Assembly (NCBI GenBank): GCA_965226945.1
Contig: OZ245717.1
Coordinates: 6,784,062-6,848,061 of the forward strand
Source: Gemmataceae bacterium
Lineage (GTDB): Bacteria > Planctomycetota > Planctomycetia > Gemmatales > Gemmataceae
DNA: 64,000 bases
Reading direction: 5' to 3'
The notes under the pieces were generated by a model that did no database searches, was not told where the DNA came from, and saw only the letters and a program-made list of their open reading frames with translations. Of the stretch, positions 17,990-27,307 are shown in pieces. The first letter of the stretch is position 1. Each line of letters begins with the position of its first letter. The position numbers were made by a program, and so were the translations under genes.

Positions 17990-20323
17990 TTAGGGCTTGA
18001 TCAAGTTTTCCTGGGCGCGGGCTGCCTTGGCTTGGGACAAGCGAGATCGGGCTTCGGCAAGATCGGAGCGAGAACGAATGACCGAGAGCCCGGTGGCGGC
18101 TCCTGATTCGGCCAGTTTCGTGATAGCTTCGTGCTCCTTTTCGCGCTGATCGACCAGTTTTTGCAGCAGATCGATCATCTGCTCCGGCTTCTTCTCCGCC
18201 CGGGCCAGGACGATTTGCGCCTCGATCAGTTCGATTTCGGCGGTCCGCAACTGCTCATGAGATGCGGTGCCCGACTTAAAGAGGAGTTTCGCCCGGTCAA
18301 GTATCTGATTTTTTAGCGCAACCACCTCCTTGAGGCTGTCGATGAACTCGGCTTCGGCGGCGCTCCGTGGCGCCGTGGGGGCCTCGGTCGCTCGTTCGCC
18401 AGGTACCTTGAGATCGATGTTGCGAAATCGCACCTCGGTTCCCGGTTCTCCCAGTTGCAATGCGATGTGGCCTTTAACGAACTTGCGCGAGTTGTCCTTG
18501 GTCTTCGTGGTGACGAGGCCATTGATCAATACCGCCATGGTCTCCCCCTGGGCGATGACTTCGATTCGGTGCCAGGTGCCCTCGTTGATGCGGATCCCCT
18601 TGGTTTGCGCGAAATTGAGGAGACTGCCGGTTTCAGAATGGGATGCCGGCGCCTGCGGCCCAACGATCTGCGCTTCATACCCGTGAGCGTCAGGCCCATC
18701 CCCTGCTTTGGGCAAGGCAGACCGGAAGATGATGCCGCTGTTTCCCGACGCATTGATTTGAAAATCGGCCCGGAAGTGAAAGTTCTCGTATTCTTTGGCT
18801 TGATAAAAAAGAAAACTCTTTTTTCCTTGGCCAATCAACACGCCATTTTCCACGCGCCAGTTGTTTTCCGTGCTTTCGGGATAGGCCTTCCAGCCGGTGA
18901 GGTCCTTGCCATTAAACAGGGTGGGCCAGGGTTCCATGACGATGTCACTGGGCTGCGGTAGAACGGCCACTGCATTTGAAGGAAGCCCAGGATCGATGGG
19001 GCCCGGCATCCTGGTTTCCAGCTCCGGTTCTCTCACATATCGCGGCAAAAGGAAATATCCAAGCGCGATGAGAAAGAGAGCAACCGCCGACACGAGGCCC
19101 CATCTGCGAGGATGCAGTCGGCCCTTCTTGCCAGGTTTCTTGGTCAGAAGGACAGGATGGTCGCGAAAGCCGCCGGTCGGCTTCAATTCGGCTTCGCAAC
19201 GGGCGAGCGTCTCGGCGACTTCCTTGGCCGATGGAAACCGATCTTCCGGGTTCTTCTGATGAAGGCGTTCGACGATCTGCGCCATGATTAATGGGATTTC
19301 CGGGATGATTTCGCGAATGGGGCGCGGCGGATCCTCGCAGACGCGCTTGAGCACCGCCATCGTTCCTGGCGCCCGAAAAGGCGGCCGGCCAGTGCAAACG
19401 ACATAAAGCACGCTGCCGAGGCTAAACAAGTCGGCGCGATGATCGAGCGGATCTCCCTTGGCCTGTTCGGGCGCCATGTACATCGGTGTCCCCGCGACCA
19501 CGCCGCTCTGAGTCAGGCTGGCGTCGTCGGCGGCGCGCGCCAGTCCGAAATCGGTGATCTTGGCGCGTAAGTCCGGCCCGCTTTCTATGAGGATATTTCC
19601 CGGCTTGATGTCGCGATGGATGAGACCGATCTCATGCGCGGCGGCCAGTCCCTGCGCGATCTGCCGCCCGATGCTCAACATTTCCGCGACATCGAGCGGG
19701 CCCATCCGGTCGAGCCGGTCCTGCAGCGTTTCGCCGGGGACAAATTCCATGACAAGGTGAGGCAAGGGCTTCTCCTCAACCGCATGCACACGCACGACAT
19801 TCTCATGGCGTACCGCGGCCGAAGATCGGGCCTCGCGTAGAAACCGCTTCCTTGCGGGGGAGGTGGCGGCCAGCGCTGGCGCGAGTACCTTGACCGCGAC
19901 GACGCGCTGAAGCACCTCGTCAAACGCCTTCAGCACAATGCCAAATCCCCCGCGGCCCAGGACTTCGAGCACCTCATAGTGGCCAAGACGGCCCATCGAG
20001 TCGGCCCGTTCGGCGGGAGACAGAAATGGGAGGATTTCCGCACGCCCGTCCTGGAGGCCCGATGAGAATTCGCTCGTTTCCTCGGGATGGGCGCCGTTGC
20101 CCTGAGGTGGCATCATGGCGGGTCGGCTCGCTGCCGCCGCCACGATCGGTTCGTCGAGCAGGCTATCGGCCCGGTCGTGTGCCACAAGCAACGCCTCTAG
20201 CTTACGCCGCAGTTCGGCGTCGTTGCCGCATTTTTCGTCCAGCAGTTTGGCCCGTTCGGCCGGATCGGCGATCTCGACGGCAGCCAGGAATAGGGCTTCG
20301 ATCGGCTTCAGCTCGGTACGCAT
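17990..20323 (-). CDS. Ser/Thr protein kinase fused to a C-terminal DUF1080 (3-keto-disaccharide hydrolase-like jelly-roll) domain and a terminal coiled coil
   Basis: Kinase subdomains LGRGGFGIVLKA, HRDIKPGNILI, DFGLA and GTPMYMAPE. A TM segment (LVSAVALFLIALGYFLL) follows. Then a DUF1080-like region (FNGKDLTGW ... NFHFRADFQINASGNSGIIFRS) and a coiled coil. Confidence 0.9.
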   Translation of the reverse strand: MRTELKPIEALFLAAVEIADPAERAKLLDEKCGNDAELRRKLEALLVAHDRADSLLDEPIVAAAASRPAMMPPQGNGAHPEETSEFSSGLQDGRAEILPFLSPAERADSMGRLGHYEVLEVLGRGGFGIVLKAFDEVLQRVVAVKVLAPALAATSPARKRFLREARSSAAVRHENVVRVHAVEEKPLPHLVMEFVPGETLQDRLDRMGPLDVAEMLSIGRQIAQGLAAAHEIGLIHRDIKPGNILIESGPDLRAKITDFGLARAADDASLTQSGVVAGTPMYMAPEQAKGDPLDHRADLFSLGSVLYVVCTGRPPFRAPGTMAVLKRVCEDPPRPIREIIPEIPLIMAQIVERLHQKNPEDRFPSAKEVAETLARCEAELKPTGGFRDHPVLLTKKPGKKGRLHPRRWGLVSAVALFLIALGYFLLPRYVREPELETRMPGPIDPGLPSNAVAVLPQPSDIVMEPWPTLFNGKDLTGWKAYPESTENNWRVENGVLIGQGKKSFLFYQAKEYENFHFRADFQINASGNSGIIFRSALPKAGDGPDAHGYEAQIVGPQAPASHSETGSLLNFAQTKGIRINEGTWHRIEVIAQGETMAVLINGLVTTKTKDNSRKFVKGHIALQLGEPGTEVRFRNIDLKVPGERATEAPTAPRSAAEAEFIDSLKEVVALKNQILDRAKLLFKSGTASHEQLRTAEIELIEAQIVLARAEKKPEQMIDLLQKLVDQREKEHEAITKLAESGAATGLSVIRSRSDLAEARSRLSQAKAARAQENLIKP

Positions 20324-20638
20324 CGTGATTCTCCCTCAATAAGTCGCTCTCACCGACCTATGCGACGGAACGGCGTTAGCCTGTCGAAAAAATTCTCAAC
20401 CACGCTTTTGCCCAGTCGAAGCGAGGGGCCTTTTTCCTGTTCTATTCAACGGAAGTGGCGCTTGATTGGACGCGCGTGGGCATGAGATGTGGCGGCACGA
20501 TTTCGGCGACTTTGCCAGTCTGCTGGCAAGGAGCGATCTCTGTAATCTGCTGCTTGCCCATGAAAAATCCCGGGCAAGGCCAGGGACGATGCAAGAGTCA
20601 ACCTGGGTTGGCAAGCGCTTGATGCTGACGAACGGGAT

Positions 20639-21805
20639 TCAATCCTTCTTGGAATTCCCACTGGGGGGAAGCTCTCGCTTTTTGAGGCCTCCCGCTTTCA
20701 CCAAACGATCTTTTGCCTGCGATACTAAAAACGCAACTTGATCGGCGCTCTTTCTAGGTTCCCGGCCGGCTTCCACTCTCTTGGAAACCAGGGCCAATTC
20801 TCTTTCGCGCAATTCGACGAGTTCGGTCAGCGCTTGGGCGAATTCATCGTGCCTGTACTGAGCGATCGCACACTGCATCCTAGATTCCACCAAATCGCAT
20901 TCGGTTTTGATCAATTTATGGGACGAAATTTTCCCGGATTGAAAGCGAGCCTTATCCGCCTCGAATATCTTTTCTTTGATTGAAACTACATCCAGGATGC
21001 TGGCGTAATACTGTGACATATTCAGAGCATTCGTTCGAGTCAGGCGATGAGCCTTGGTCAGCTTGGGAAGTTCCATCATTTCGATATTCTGAAACCGAAT
21101 TTCCGTGTCATCGTCCCAAACTTGCAATGCGACCTGAGCCGGACCGAAGTTCTTGGCGGCGTCCTGAGCCATGGGCGCAGGGCCTCCGCTGTGTTTCACC
21201 ATGACGCCGGAACCATTGGCAATCACCTCAACAAGAATCCAGGTGTCACCGCGAATTCGTAGCCACGATCTTGATGAAGTTAAGAACGTGCTTGGTCCAA
21301 AATCTTGGAATGATGCGGTATCCATCCCGCGGATAAGTGTTCCGCAATCGGTTGAGTCGGGAACATCGTCAGGGTACGCGTCCTTACCACGGACATAAAT
21401 ACCGCCGGAACCTGCACGATTAACCTGCACTTCCGCCCGAAAATGGAAGTTCTCAAAAGGAACTGTGTAAAAAAGACAGCTTAACGTTCCTTTCCCAACC
21501 AATACCCCTTTCTCAACCCGCCAATCTCCCATTTTCTTCCCCGGAAGCGTCTGCACCTCGATTTTGCCGGTGCCATTGTCAATGGGCTTTAGGGTTGGGT
21601 GGCCGGTATAGATTTGCCAATCGGTCAAATCCTTCCCATTGAAAATGGACTGCCATTTCTGAGGGATATCTCGGTCCCGACTATCCCCATGAGATTCAAT
21701 GATCAGATTCGGTAGGCGCGCCGTGAATTCTTGTCTGGATGAATTGACCGCAGTCGTCCCCACTTTGACGGGTAATCCATAGGGAGGCAGATCTTGGGCA
21801 ATCAT
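20639..21805 (-). CDS. DUF1080 domain protein with a C-terminal coiled-coil tail paralogous to that of the adjacent kinase
   Basis: FNGKDLTDWQIY ... NFHFRAEVQVNRAGSGGIYVRG. The C-terminal ~110 aa align with the kinase C-terminus (e.g. KARFQSGKISSHKLIKTECDLVESRM vs KLLFKSGTASHEQLRTAEIELIEAQI). Confidence 0.75.
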   Translation of the reverse strand: MIAQDLPPYGLPVKVGTTAVNSSRQEFTARLPNLIIESHGDSRDRDIPQKWQSIFNGKDLTDWQIYTGHPTLKPIDNGTGKIEVQTLPGKKMGDWRVEKGVLVGKGTLSCLFYTVPFENFHFRAEVQVNRAGSGGIYVRGKDAYPDDVPDSTDCGTLIRGMDTASFQDFGPSTFLTSSRSWLRIRGDTWILVEVIANGSGVMVKHSGGPAPMAQDAAKNFGPAQVALQVWDDDTEIRFQNIEMMELPKLTKAHRLTRTNALNMSQYYASILDVVSIKEKIFEADKARFQSGKISSHKLIKTECDLVESRMQCAIAQYRHDEFAQALTELVELRERELALVSKRVEAGREPRKSADQVAFLVSQAKDRLVKAGGLKKRELPPSGNSKKD

Positions 21806-22493
21806 GTACCTCCAATGGCACCAGTGTTTACTCCCGCGCTACTAAATCCAAGGCGTGCATCGTCATCAACATCGTTGCGGTCGGTCAAGCGGACATCAAG
21901 AATTTGAAAGATATGAAAAGCTATCTCTCCAGGAGATTTTGGTGATACCGGTGTGTCGTGACAGCGTCAAGGCGCAGCCAGTTTGAATTCAGAAATGATG
22001 GGCCTTCTGCGGATGTGCCGGCTTGTGGAATGAATTGGAGAAATGCAGCCAATCCGTTTTAGGGATCAGTGGGGTTAGCAAGATGCTCCTTGACACGACC
22101 ACGCTCGCTATAAATGTTGACAGGTCTCTCATATATTAGCAGGTCATGAGATCTTCTATGGTGAGCGAGAGGATGCTTGACATAAGCCTCTCGCATCGCT
22201 CAAATATCTAGCTCCAGCCGGATCAATCGCGTGAAATAAAAGAATCGGCATTCATTGAGAGGGCCCGGAGATGGGGAGTGGCCTTTCGGCCGAGGTTTCT
22301 TTCGGCGTAAAACCGATTAGAGCTTACATTTTCGTTTTCCGTTAGAAAGAATAGGTGGAAATACCCGCTATTTTGTTTGCAGTTAGACGTATTGGTTTAT
22401 TTAGGTAAAATGTGCTCTCTGTAAGGATTTGTAAGTTTGATTGTGTTAGCATTAGATGGGCGTGTTGGCTCGCCAGTATTAAGGAGTATTCGC

Positions 22494-23309
22494 ATGAAGC
22501 GAAGAGGCGTTACGTTGGTGGAATTTCTTGTTGTGATTTTAATAATAGGTGTGTTGTTTGGCTTGATTTTAATGGCGGTTTTATCTGCGAGAAAAATGGC
22601 TTATGATCTCGAGTGTAAAAATAACCTCCGGCAGATCGTGGTCGGCCATGTAGGCTATTTTGGCCACGAACCTGTTTTTGGAACAGGCGATTGGCAAGGC
22701 ATGACCGTGCTTACACCATATCCAGAAATTCTCGGCTATGTAGGTTATCCGATTGTCGATCCAAGCGAAAAGAACAACTTTAGAATGCAAGTGCCTAATG
22801 TCTCGTTTTTAAGGTGCCCTTCGGATTTGACTTTGTTCGGCACCGAAAAAGACTTGTTTTTTAATGAGTATACCTCGTATCCGTATAACGCATACGTTTT
22901 CACCCCAAATAGAAATTTCGCTAATTCTATCCTGGACGGCTTGTCTAATACTATTGGTTTTTCGGAGAGATTTGGGAATCTTCCGAGTTCACTTTATTTA
23001 TTCACGGTTTGTGGAGGGGCGCCTACGCCTCAATTGGCTCAGGCTCCTCGTCCCTCTACATTTGCGGACATTCGATATGGCGACAATACCCCCAAGAATG
23101 ATCCGGCAACGAATTTCTGCACGGGATCAGTTACGGGTGAGACCTTTTTGATTTGTCCCAACCCTTTAACCGCACCAGGTTCGGAAATGATTTCGGGTCA
23201 CGCTGGGGGAATCAATCTTGGGTTCTTGGACGGCAGTGTTAGATTTGTTGCGCGTGAAGTGTCGCCGAGTGTTTTCTGGGCGCAAGTGACACCCGCTGCA
23301 GGAGATTAA
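22494..23309 (+). CDS. DUF1559 family protein: prepilin-type N-terminal helix plus H-X9-DG motif
   Basis: AAGGAG at 22481-22486 lies 7 nt before ATG 22494. The N-terminus is MKRRGVTLVEFLVVILIIGVLFGLIL. The C-terminal HAGGINLGFLDGSVRF gives H-X9-DG. It lies in an AT-richer stretch. Confidence 0.8.
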   Translation: MKRRGVTLVEFLVVILIIGVLFGLILMAVLSARKMAYDLECKNNLRQIVVGHVGYFGHEPVFGTGDWQGMTVLTPYPEILGYVGYPIVDPSEKNNFRMQVPNVSFLRCPSDLTLFGTEKDLFFNEYTSYPYNAYVFTPNRNFANSILDGLSNTIGFSERFGNLPSSLYLFTVCGGAPTPQLAQAPRPSTFADIRYGDNTPKNDPATNFCTGSVTGETFLICPNPLTAPGSEMISGHAGGINLGFLDGSVRFVAREVSPSVFWAQVTPAAGD

Positions 23310-23335
23310 AAAGCTTGCCTGTTTAAAGTTGTTCA

Positions 23336-24677
23336 GGCCGTAAATTTTCGGTCCTTCCGGGAATTTCATGGGTACAGTTTGAGCCCCCCGCAGTGAAAAT
23401 AGATCACGGTTTTGAGGTTCTCGTGGTTTCTGTATCCTCCCGCTCGTGCGGAGATAGCTTTAATTTTGCTGTTGAGGCCCTCTGCGGTGGCATTGGTGAT
23501 GAAGTGCTTCGAGTAGGTCACAACATGGTTCAATTTTGACTTGATCATTTTTGCCACTTTGATGACTGGTTCGAGGCGGGATCGAGTGGCCCATTGGTAC
23601 CAGTTCCCAAAAAAACGCCGAGCCCAGCCCGGTTCATAGTAGCTCCATAGATTCCTTAGGTTTTCCTTGATGGCCCAAGCCCTGGATGTCTTCAGGTCAG
23701 CCTTTTGCAGGTCCTCAATTTGCTGTCTTCGATTCTCTGAGACATTTTCCTTGTTGGACAGCCAAAGGTATTTGGTCTTCTTCAATCTGTCGTCGCCTTC
23801 GGCAATCAGTTTTCGATTCTCCCCTTTGCGGACCTTGTCCACCGCTTCGGTCATGTGCTTCATGATGTGAAAACGATCGAACACGATCTTGTCGGCGCCA
23901 AGCGGCAGTGCCTCCATGGTCGCCTGGAAGAACGGCTCCCACATGTCCATGGCGATCGCCTCTACCCCTTCGAGCTGTTTCTTTGTCAAGCCGTGGAAAA
24001 AAGCCTCTAACGTCGATTTCTTTCGGTCAACACCGACATATTCCACAACCCCCTTTTTCAGGTCGCTCACTATGGTCAAATACTTGTGCCCCTTGCGGTA
24101 GGCTTTCTCATCAACCCCGAGATGCGAGATCTTGGTTTTCCGCTTGCGGGCTTGGCCTCGAGCAACGGCACGCATCAAAACGTGCCAAGCCTGATCCCAA
24201 GAAACCTTCAGAAGTTCGCAAGCGGATTTGACATTCTGACATGCCAGGAGAACTTGGATGAAAAAACGTTCCATGAAAAGGGTGAAGCGACCATGGGGCT
24301 CTGCCCACGGCACCATCACCTGCAATGTTCCATGCTCAGGACATTTCACCCTTGGGATACTGGCGATCAGATGGGTCTGAAATTGGCACGTATCAAGGTG
24401 ACGCCATTTTCGTGGCGGAGAATGATCAAAACATCCCAACTCAGTTCCACATTTAGGACAGGCAAACTTGTGACCTTCGGGATGTTCCACCGCCACCTTG
24501 ATCACCCCGGCTTTGGGGTCTAACTCCACAGCCTTCACTTCCCACGGGTGCTTGAGTCCAAGAATCTGCTGGTATAAATCGATGTCTTGCACGGCGTACC
24601 TCCAAGGTCCTTCCCTTGGTCTTATTTCTTAGGCACGCCCATAAAATTCCCAGAAGGGCCAAATTTTCAATCTGGTC
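23336..24677. mobile_element. ISL3-family insertion sequence (~1.34 kb) with imperfect terminal inverted repeats
   Basis: The single transposase ORF is flanked by inverted repeats: 23336-23373 (reverse complement CATGAAATTCCCGGAAGGACCGAAAATTTACGGCC) against 24640-24677 (CATAAAATTCCCAGAAGGGCCAAATTTTCAATCTGG), ~22/26 matching at the termini. The size is typical of ISL3. Confidence 0.7.
23366..24592 (-). CDS. ISL3-family transposase
   Basis: An N-terminal zinc-finger-like region (FACPKCG ... VKCPEHG) and a DDE_Tnp_ISL3-like core (YLTIVSDLKKG ... ) in a 408-aa protein. Confidence 0.85.
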   Translation of the reverse strand: MQDIDLYQQILGLKHPWEVKAVELDPKAGVIKVAVEHPEGHKFACPKCGTELGCFDHSPPRKWRHLDTCQFQTHLIASIPRVKCPEHGTLQVMVPWAEPHGRFTLFMERFFIQVLLACQNVKSACELLKVSWDQAWHVLMRAVARGQARKRKTKISHLGVDEKAYRKGHKYLTIVSDLKKGVVEYVGVDRKKSTLEAFFHGLTKKQLEGVEAIAMDMWEPFFQATMEALPLGADKIVFDRFHIMKHMTEAVDKVRKGENRKLIAEGDDRLKKTKYLWLSNKENVSENRRQQIEDLQKADLKTSRAWAIKENLRNLWSYYEPGWARRFFGNWYQWATRSRLEPVIKVAKMIKSKLNHVVTYSKHFITNATAEGLNSKIKAISARAGGYRNHENLKTVIYFHCGGLKLYP

Positions 24678-24947
24678 AAGGCGATTACATGTTTCGGCGC
24701 CGCTTTTCCGCGCGCGAGCGGACGGATTAGCTCTGGCGGGGAGCGGAATCGCCGATCGCTTTTTATTTGGAAGTGTTAGATATTCTTTCATGAGTGCTAT
24801 AGTTGCGTTGGCTAAATGAATTTTAGCTATATTATAAATGACAAGGGAGGTTGGTTTGGTGCCGGCCTCTTTTATTCCTGTGGAGTGTTTCCCCAGTAAG
24901 GTAGCTGAAATCAGCTAGTTTATCTGCTTGCGGTTAAGGAGCTATTG

Positions 24948-25361
24948 ATGTCGCAGCTTATGACGGCTTTGTTTAGAATGTTTATAATGAGTGTGATTTT
25001 ATTGGTTGTTTCAAATGGGACATCTTCGACCATTTCTCAGACGCCTAAATCAGACATCGCTTTTCAGGTGTGGACGGAAGGAAAGGGGACCAACACTCCA
25101 GGTTGGTCGGTGGAGGTTACTGTTGCCTATGGTGACGATAGCGGGCCTGGTGGGACGTTTGTGCCCTTTGGAAAATCCCCGCCAGCGACGGTGCCGGCCG
25201 CTGTAAGCCTGGTGCCGCCAGCATACAATTTTGATTCCACCTTAAATAAGTGGCCGGGCACCAAAGGTAAGAAGATGTTTGTTTCGTCAATTGAAAGTGA
25301 AACTCAAATGGGTAAAAAAGTGCTTGTGGCAGCAGCCAGTATTGAGCCTATCATTCCGTAA
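24948..25361 (+). CDS. Small secreted protein, paralog A of an uncharacterised family
   Basis: AAGGAG lies 6 nt upstream of ATG 24948. There is an N-terminal signal anchor (MSQLMTALFRMFIMSVILLVVSNG). It shares NKWxG, E(T/S)QMGK and PFxKxPPxTVxAAV motifs with the ORF at 25847. Confidence 0.6.
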   Translation: MSQLMTALFRMFIMSVILLVVSNGTSSTISQTPKSDIAFQVWTEGKGTNTPGWSVEVTVAYGDDSGPGGTFVPFGKSPPATVPAAVSLVPPAYNFDSTLNKWPGTKGKKMFVSSIESETQMGKKVLVAAASIEPIIP

Positions 25362-25846
25362 GTTCTCAAGCTAATTTTTTTTGATCAGTGTCCTTTCCAG
25401 GCCAAAACTGCGCCTGGGAAGGGACCTGTCTCTTTTGAGTGATAAGGAATTAAAGATTTTGCATTTTAGTCGTTTTTTATTGGTCGTGTTTGTGGCGATT
25501 TTTGTAGTTCAGGATTTTTGCTATCCAAAAAAATTAAAAAACGCGACGTGACAGATGGTGGTTTTGGTTCGGTTGTAAAACCATAACTGTTTGTCTTTGA
25601 GTTGTTTTGGCCTATTTTTGACAGTTTTGAAAAGCAATGACGATTTTGTCCGAAAGTAGAACGTGTCTAAAAAAGAGACCGATTCTTTTCTTGTGGGATG
25701 ACTATTGACTGTTGTAATTTTGGAGCTAAAATAAATTTGTACGCGAGCTAAGTCATGGTTGTTTTTGTAAACAGACGCTGTGATTTTGTTGTGCCTGGTT
25801 CGCGTTTTAGTTTTGTTTATTTTGTGGTGGTTAAAAGGAGATGGTA

Positions 25847-26266
25847 ATGCATCGTTTCGGTTTTTCGCTGCTTAAAGTGTCATTGACTGCCAGCTTGTTT
25901 GTGTTTTCCTCGGCGGGTATGACTTTTGGGCTTACTAACACTCCAGCGTTTTTGGCGCCTGCTAATGTGTATACGGTTGGGACAGGGAGCAACACCGCTG
26001 GCTGGAATCCGGAAGTAGTAGTCGCATATGGAGGTAGTGTTGATCCCGTGACTGGGAAATTAATTCCATTTAGCAAAATGCCACCCGGCACCGTAGCTGC
26101 GGCTGTAATTCCCAAAACTGGAACGACATTTGATTATAATACAACGTTAAATAAATGGGCAGGCGTTCCGGGAACGAAATATTATGTCGAGGCGGTTCAA
26201 TGGGAGAGTCAAATGGGCAAGAGGGTCCAGTTTGGTTCGGCTAATTTGGCCTCTATTACGCCATAA
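25847..26266 (+). CDS. Small secreted protein, paralog B of the same family
   Basis: GGAG lies 6 nt upstream of ATG 25847; the ATG at 25841 is an alternative. The signal peptide is MHRFGFSLLKVSLTASLFVFSSAG. It is collinear with 24948..25361 over the mature region. Confidence 0.6.
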   Translation: MHRFGFSLLKVSLTASLFVFSSAGMTFGLTNTPAFLAPANVYTVGTGSNTAGWNPEVVVAYGGSVDPVTGKLIPFSKMPPGTVAAAVIPKTGTTFDYNTTLNKWAGVPGTKYYVEAVQWESQMGKRVQFGSANLASITP

Positions 26267-26758
26267 AATTGCCAGGCTGTCATTTTTCCGTTGTACTAAA
26301 GCCGCCTTCAATTTTAAAACTTGAGGCGGCGTTGACCAAATTATTTGTGCTCTAACAATGGCTTTAAAAAGCGGCATGCTTTTTCCTGTGAATTCAGGGT
26401 GATTGAATTCACATTTGAATTGTTAGTAACGCACTACGTGCACCCCCTTTTTTTCTAGGGACGCTTAGCGAACTTTTGACAGGCCAAGAGCGGGTGCGGT
26501 CTTGTTTGCCGATTTATTTAGGATTGAAGCGGACATTCGAATTCACCTGAGCAGGACGGGAATGGGAGAGCATTGCCACACCTCCGGGATTGGGACGACA
26601 CCAAGCCATGCGACAAAAGCGCTTCGCGCTGTCGAATTTTTTTCTTTTTTTACTTTTTTTATTTGCTGTTTGGTTCTTCGAACCAAACAGCAAGGACTTT
26701 AGGGCGACGGGAACTCCTGCCAATCTGGGTTGGATTCCTGGCGATGATTTCGCCGCAT

Positions 26759-27307
26759 CTATTCATCGATCTTTTGACGAAGCCAGGCGCGTGCATAGGT
26801 CCATTTTTGACGGGCCAGGTAAACCGTCAGGTCAAGCGCCTCGGCGATCTCCTCATGGCCGAGTCCGGCAAATTGGCGTAGCTCGACGATTTTGGCCGCC
26901 AGTGGGTCTTCGACGGCAAGCTGCGTAAGCGCTTCGTCCAGAGCCAAGAGCCGGTCGTCCGCATCAGGGGCCGGGTAATCATCCAGCGCGACCTTTTTGA
27001 ACTCCCCGCCATGCTTTTCGCGCTTCTTGCGCCGGGCCGACTCAATGAGTATCCGGCGCATCGCCTCGGCGGCGGCGGCAAAAAAATGACCCCGATTCTC
27101 CCACTTGGCGGTATCGGCCGGACCGACCAGGCGCAAGTAAGCCTCGTGGACCAGCGCCGTCGGCTGCAGTGTGTTCCCCGAAGACTCAAACGCCAGCCGC
27201 GCCGCGGCCAGTTTTCTCAGTTCGTCATAAACGAGGGGCAGGATCTTGGCAGTCGCCTGCCGATCCCCAGCTGAAACTGCATCGAGCCATTGCGTGATGT
27301 CCGCCAT
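26759..27307 (-). CDS. ECF-type RNA polymerase sigma factor (TIGR02999-like family, expanded in planctomycetes)
   Basis: LPLVYDELRKLAAARLAFESSGNTLQPTALVHEAYLRL, then a region-4 HTH (EIAEALDLTVYLARQKWTYARAWL). Confidence 0.8.
   Translation of the reverse strand: MADITQWLDAVSAGDRQATAKILPLVYDELRKLAAARLAFESSGNTLQPTALVHEAYLRLVGPADTAKWENRGHFFAAAAEAMRRILIESARRKKREKHGGEFKKVALDDYPAPDADDRLLALDEALTQLAVEDPLAAKIVELRQFAGLGHEEIAEALDLTVYLARQKWTYARAWLRQKIDE

Noticed and set aside
26665-26691. Rho-independent terminator call for the strong hairpin
   Set aside because: The U-run precedes rather than follows the hairpin on the plus strand, and an A-run follows on the minus strand. It was kept only as an unexplained structured element in findings.
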